Below are positions 61,275 to 64,000 of a stretch of 64,000 nucleotides of DNA, piece after piece. The stretch covers positions 480,001-544,000 of the forward strand of contig CAWBMV010000022.1 of assembly GCA_963789955.1 (NCBI GenBank), read 5' to 3'. Numbering within the stretch: the stretch's first letter is position 1; each line of letters begins with the position of its first letter. This stretch comes from an uncultured Candidatus Rokubacteria bacterium. GTDB lineage: Bacteria > Methylomirabilota > Methylomirabilia > Rokubacteriales > CSP1-6. The position numbers and the translations under genes are program-made. The notes beneath the pieces were generated by a model. The model made no database searches, was not told the DNA's origin, and worked only from the letters and a program-made list of their open reading frames with translations.

Positions 61275-64000
61275 ATGTCCCAGATGACACGACGGGATTT
61301 CGTCAAGCTCGGCGCCGTCAGTGCGGGGGCGCTGGGCGCCACCCCCCTGGGCTTCGATCTCGCGGAGGCGGTCCAGGTCAAGCGGGACCTCCGGATCGAG
61401 GGCGCGAAGGAAGTGCACTCGCTGTGTCCGTACTGCGCGGTCGGGTGCTCGATCATCGCCTACACCAAGGACGACGGGAAGGGCCACGCGAAGCTGCTGC
61501 AGATCGAGGGCGACCCCGACAGCCCGGTCAACGAGGGCCGGCTCTGCCCGAAGGGCGCCACGTCGATGCAGCTCGCCGTGTCGACCCGGCGTGTCGAGAA
61601 GCCGCTCTATCGCGCGCCCGGGCAGCGACAAGTGGCAGGAGATCTCCTGGGACGAGATGCTCGACAAGCTCGCCCAGCGCATCAAGGAATCGCGCGACGC
61701 GACGTTCGTCACCACCGACGCCAAGGGCAACACCGTCAACCGTTGCGAAGGCGTCGCCTTCGCCGGCGGCGCCGCCTTCAGCAGTGAGGAGGGCTATTTC
61801 GCCGCCAAGCTCATGCGCACCCTGGGGGTGGTGCACATAGAACAGCAGGCCCGAGTCTGACACGGCCCCACGGTCGTCAGTCTGGCGGCCACATTCGGTA
61901 GGGGCGCGATGACGAATCACTGGCGTGACATTCAGCACGCCGACGTGATCATGATCAACGGGGCGAATCCGGCCGAGGCTCACCCGGTCGGCTTCCAGTG
62001 GTTCCTGAAGGCGAAGCTCGATCCGCGGCGCGGGATCGGCCGCGGCGGCGGCGCCAAGATGATCCACATCGATCCGCGGTTCACCCGGACCTCCGCGGTG
62101 TCGGACGTCTATGCGCGGATCCGGACCGGCACCGACGTCGCCTTCTTCGGCGGCCTGATCAACTACGTCCTCGAGAAGAACCTGATCCACCACGAGTACG
62201 TGAAGAACTACACGAACGCGTCGTTCATCGTGAAGCAGGGGTTCGGCTTCAGCGAAGGGCTGTTCAGCGGCTACGACCCGGTCAAGCGCACGTACGACAC
62301 CGCGACGTGGGCCTACGAGGGCGACGCGCCCGCCCAGGCCGCGTTCGAGCGCGACGCAGAAGGAGATCATCGCCGGCGGTCAGGGCCCGGCCGGCGCCGG
62401 CGCCGGGGTGGCGCTCGCCAAGCGCGACATGCACCTCGAGCACCCGCGCTCGGTGTTCCAGCTCCTGCGCAAGCACTACGCGCGCTACACGCCCGAGATG
62501 GTCGCGTCGATCACCGGCATTCCCGCGGATCAGTTCCTGGAGATCGCCAAGATCGTCGGCGAGACCGGCCGGCCCGACAAGGTGATGACGATCGTCTACG
62601 CGGTCGGGCTCACGCACCACACCACCGGCGGCCAGCTGATCCGCACCGGCGCGCCCTGCTGCAGCTCCTGCTCGGCAACATGGGGCGCCCGGGCGGCGGC
62701 ATGAACGCCGAGCGCGGTCACGCCAACATCCAGGGCAACACCGACAACGCGATCTCGTGGGAGATCCTGCCCGGCTATCTCCGGATCCCGGCGCCGGGCC
62801 AGAAGAACCTGGACGACTACGTGACCCAGAGCGCGCCCAAGAAGTTCGACGCGAACTCCTGGAACTTCTTCGGCACGAACTATCGGAAGTTCATGGTCAG
62901 CCTGCTCAAGACCTGGTACGGCGACGCGGCGACGGACAAGAACGAGTACGCGTTCGACTTCATTCCCAAGCCGGCGACGAACTCGTCGTGGATCTCGATC
63001 TACGACCAGGCGCTCAAGAAGAAGATGGAAGGCGTCATCCTGTCGGGCATGACGGCGACCAGCATCGGCCCCGACGCCAACCAGGTGATGACGGCGCTCG
63101 GCAACCTCAAGTGGCTGGCAGTGATGGACCCGCTGCCGACGACCAGCTCGGAGTTCTGGCGGCGGCCCGGCGCGGATCCCAAGACGATCCAGACCGAAGT
63201 CTTCATGATCCCGAGCACGCACTGGATCGAGAAGGACGGCTCGTTCGTGAACAGCGGCCGGTGGATGCAGTGGAAGGACGCGGCGATTCCGCCCGAGGGC
63301 GCCCGCCACGACCACTGGGTCCTGGCCGACGTGTTCCAGCGCGTGAAGAAGCTCTACACGCAGCAGGGCGGCAAGTTCCCGGCGCCGCTGATGGCGGTGA
63401 CGATGAACTACAAGGACCCGATGAAGCCGGAGCTCGACGAGATCTGCCAGGAGATCAACGGCTTCGATCTGACGACCGGCAAGCGGATGGCGACGCTTCG
63501 GCGCGCTCAAGGACGACGGGACGACCACCGCCGGCAACTGGATCTACACCGGCTCGTATCCCGACGCCGGCAACCTCTCGAAGCGTCGCGCCGGCATCCA
63601 GGATCCGAAGAAGAACGACCCGACCGGCATGGGCTTCTATCACAACTGGGCGTGGAGCTGGCCGCTCAACCGGAGGGTTCTGTACAACCGCGCGTCCGCC
63701 GATCTCAACGGCAAGGCGTGGGATCCGGCGCGCCCGGGCATCCAGTGGGACGAGGCGGACAAGAAGTGGAAGGGGGACGTGCCCGACTATCCGCCGACGA
63801 TGGAGCCGAAGAACCCGAAGGCCTGGGGGCCGTTCATCATGAACGGCGAGGGCGTCGGGCGGCTCTTCTCCAGCTCGATGCTCGACGGGCCCTTCCCCGA
63901 GCACTACGAGCCGGTCGAGTCGCCGGTCGAGAACCCGCTGCATCCCAAGCAGTCGGAGTCACCGGTCGTGTTCCTGTACGACAAGCAGGCCGGTCGTGAG
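61275..64000 (+). CDS. fdnG: Formate dehydrogenase-N/O alpha subunit, selenocysteine-containing, 3' truncated and frameshifted
   Basis: Tat signal TRRDFVK, CPYCAVGC...LCPKG, QARV-TGA(Sec, 61858-61860)-HGPTV...GRGAMTNHW, RGHANIQG. Frameshifts near 61621, 62360, 62655 and 63497. Confidence 0.92.
61872..61890 (+). promoter_or_regulatory. Bacterial SECIS element
   Basis: Hairpin GGTCGTCA-GTC-TGGCGGCC begins 11 nt after the in-frame UGA. Confidence 0.75.

Noticed and set aside
9165..63999. Mass pseudogenisation or programmed frameshifting
   Set aside because: Single-base indels hit many otherwise intact genes (asnB, degT, exosortase, E1-beta, fdnG) without in-frame stops or shared slippery motifs. 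This is most consistent with long-read consensus error, and read polishing would settle it.
1..64000. tRNA, rRNA, integrase, transposase or phage genes
   Set aside because: None recognised in the sequence or the ORF track.

Overview
GC-rich bacterial DNA. The gene families are suggestive of Candidatus Rokubacteria/Methylomirabilota, but this is an inference only. Many single-base frameshifts split otherwise intact genes and look like long-read consensus errors. The region from 1 to about 34.7 kb is an exopolysaccharide / PEP-CTERM-exosortase locus. It encodes Wzc, a Wza-type export protein, a Wzy-like polymerase, a priming glycosyltransferase, an exosortase, a PEP-CTERM protein under a sigma-54 promoter, a WbpB/D/E-like sugar trio, two AsnB-like amidotransferases, a FemAB/GNAT-like protein, deacetylases, methyltransferases and glycosyltransferases. 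It ends at a decayed copy of a neighbouring transporter gene. The region from about 35 to 64 kb is core or metabolic: BT1-type MFS, recQ, a split 2-oxoacid/acetoin dehydrogenase, TfdA-like dioxygenase, Uup-like ABC-F, DHA2 efflux pump, a divergent aroA, lactonase, LLM monooxygenase, DsbA, fdhD and a selenocysteine formate dehydrogenase. Five signals are not explained by the ORF track. (1) A 19-aa poly-Lys uORF ends 6 nt upstream of the ABC-F gene. (2) The priming glycosyltransferase carries a degenerate GGDEF-like domain with RxxD. (3) An identical bipartite motif precedes the separated E1-alpha and E1-beta genes. (4) A palindromic REP-like element occurs both in tandem and dispersed. (5) Several genes appear to be leaderless.
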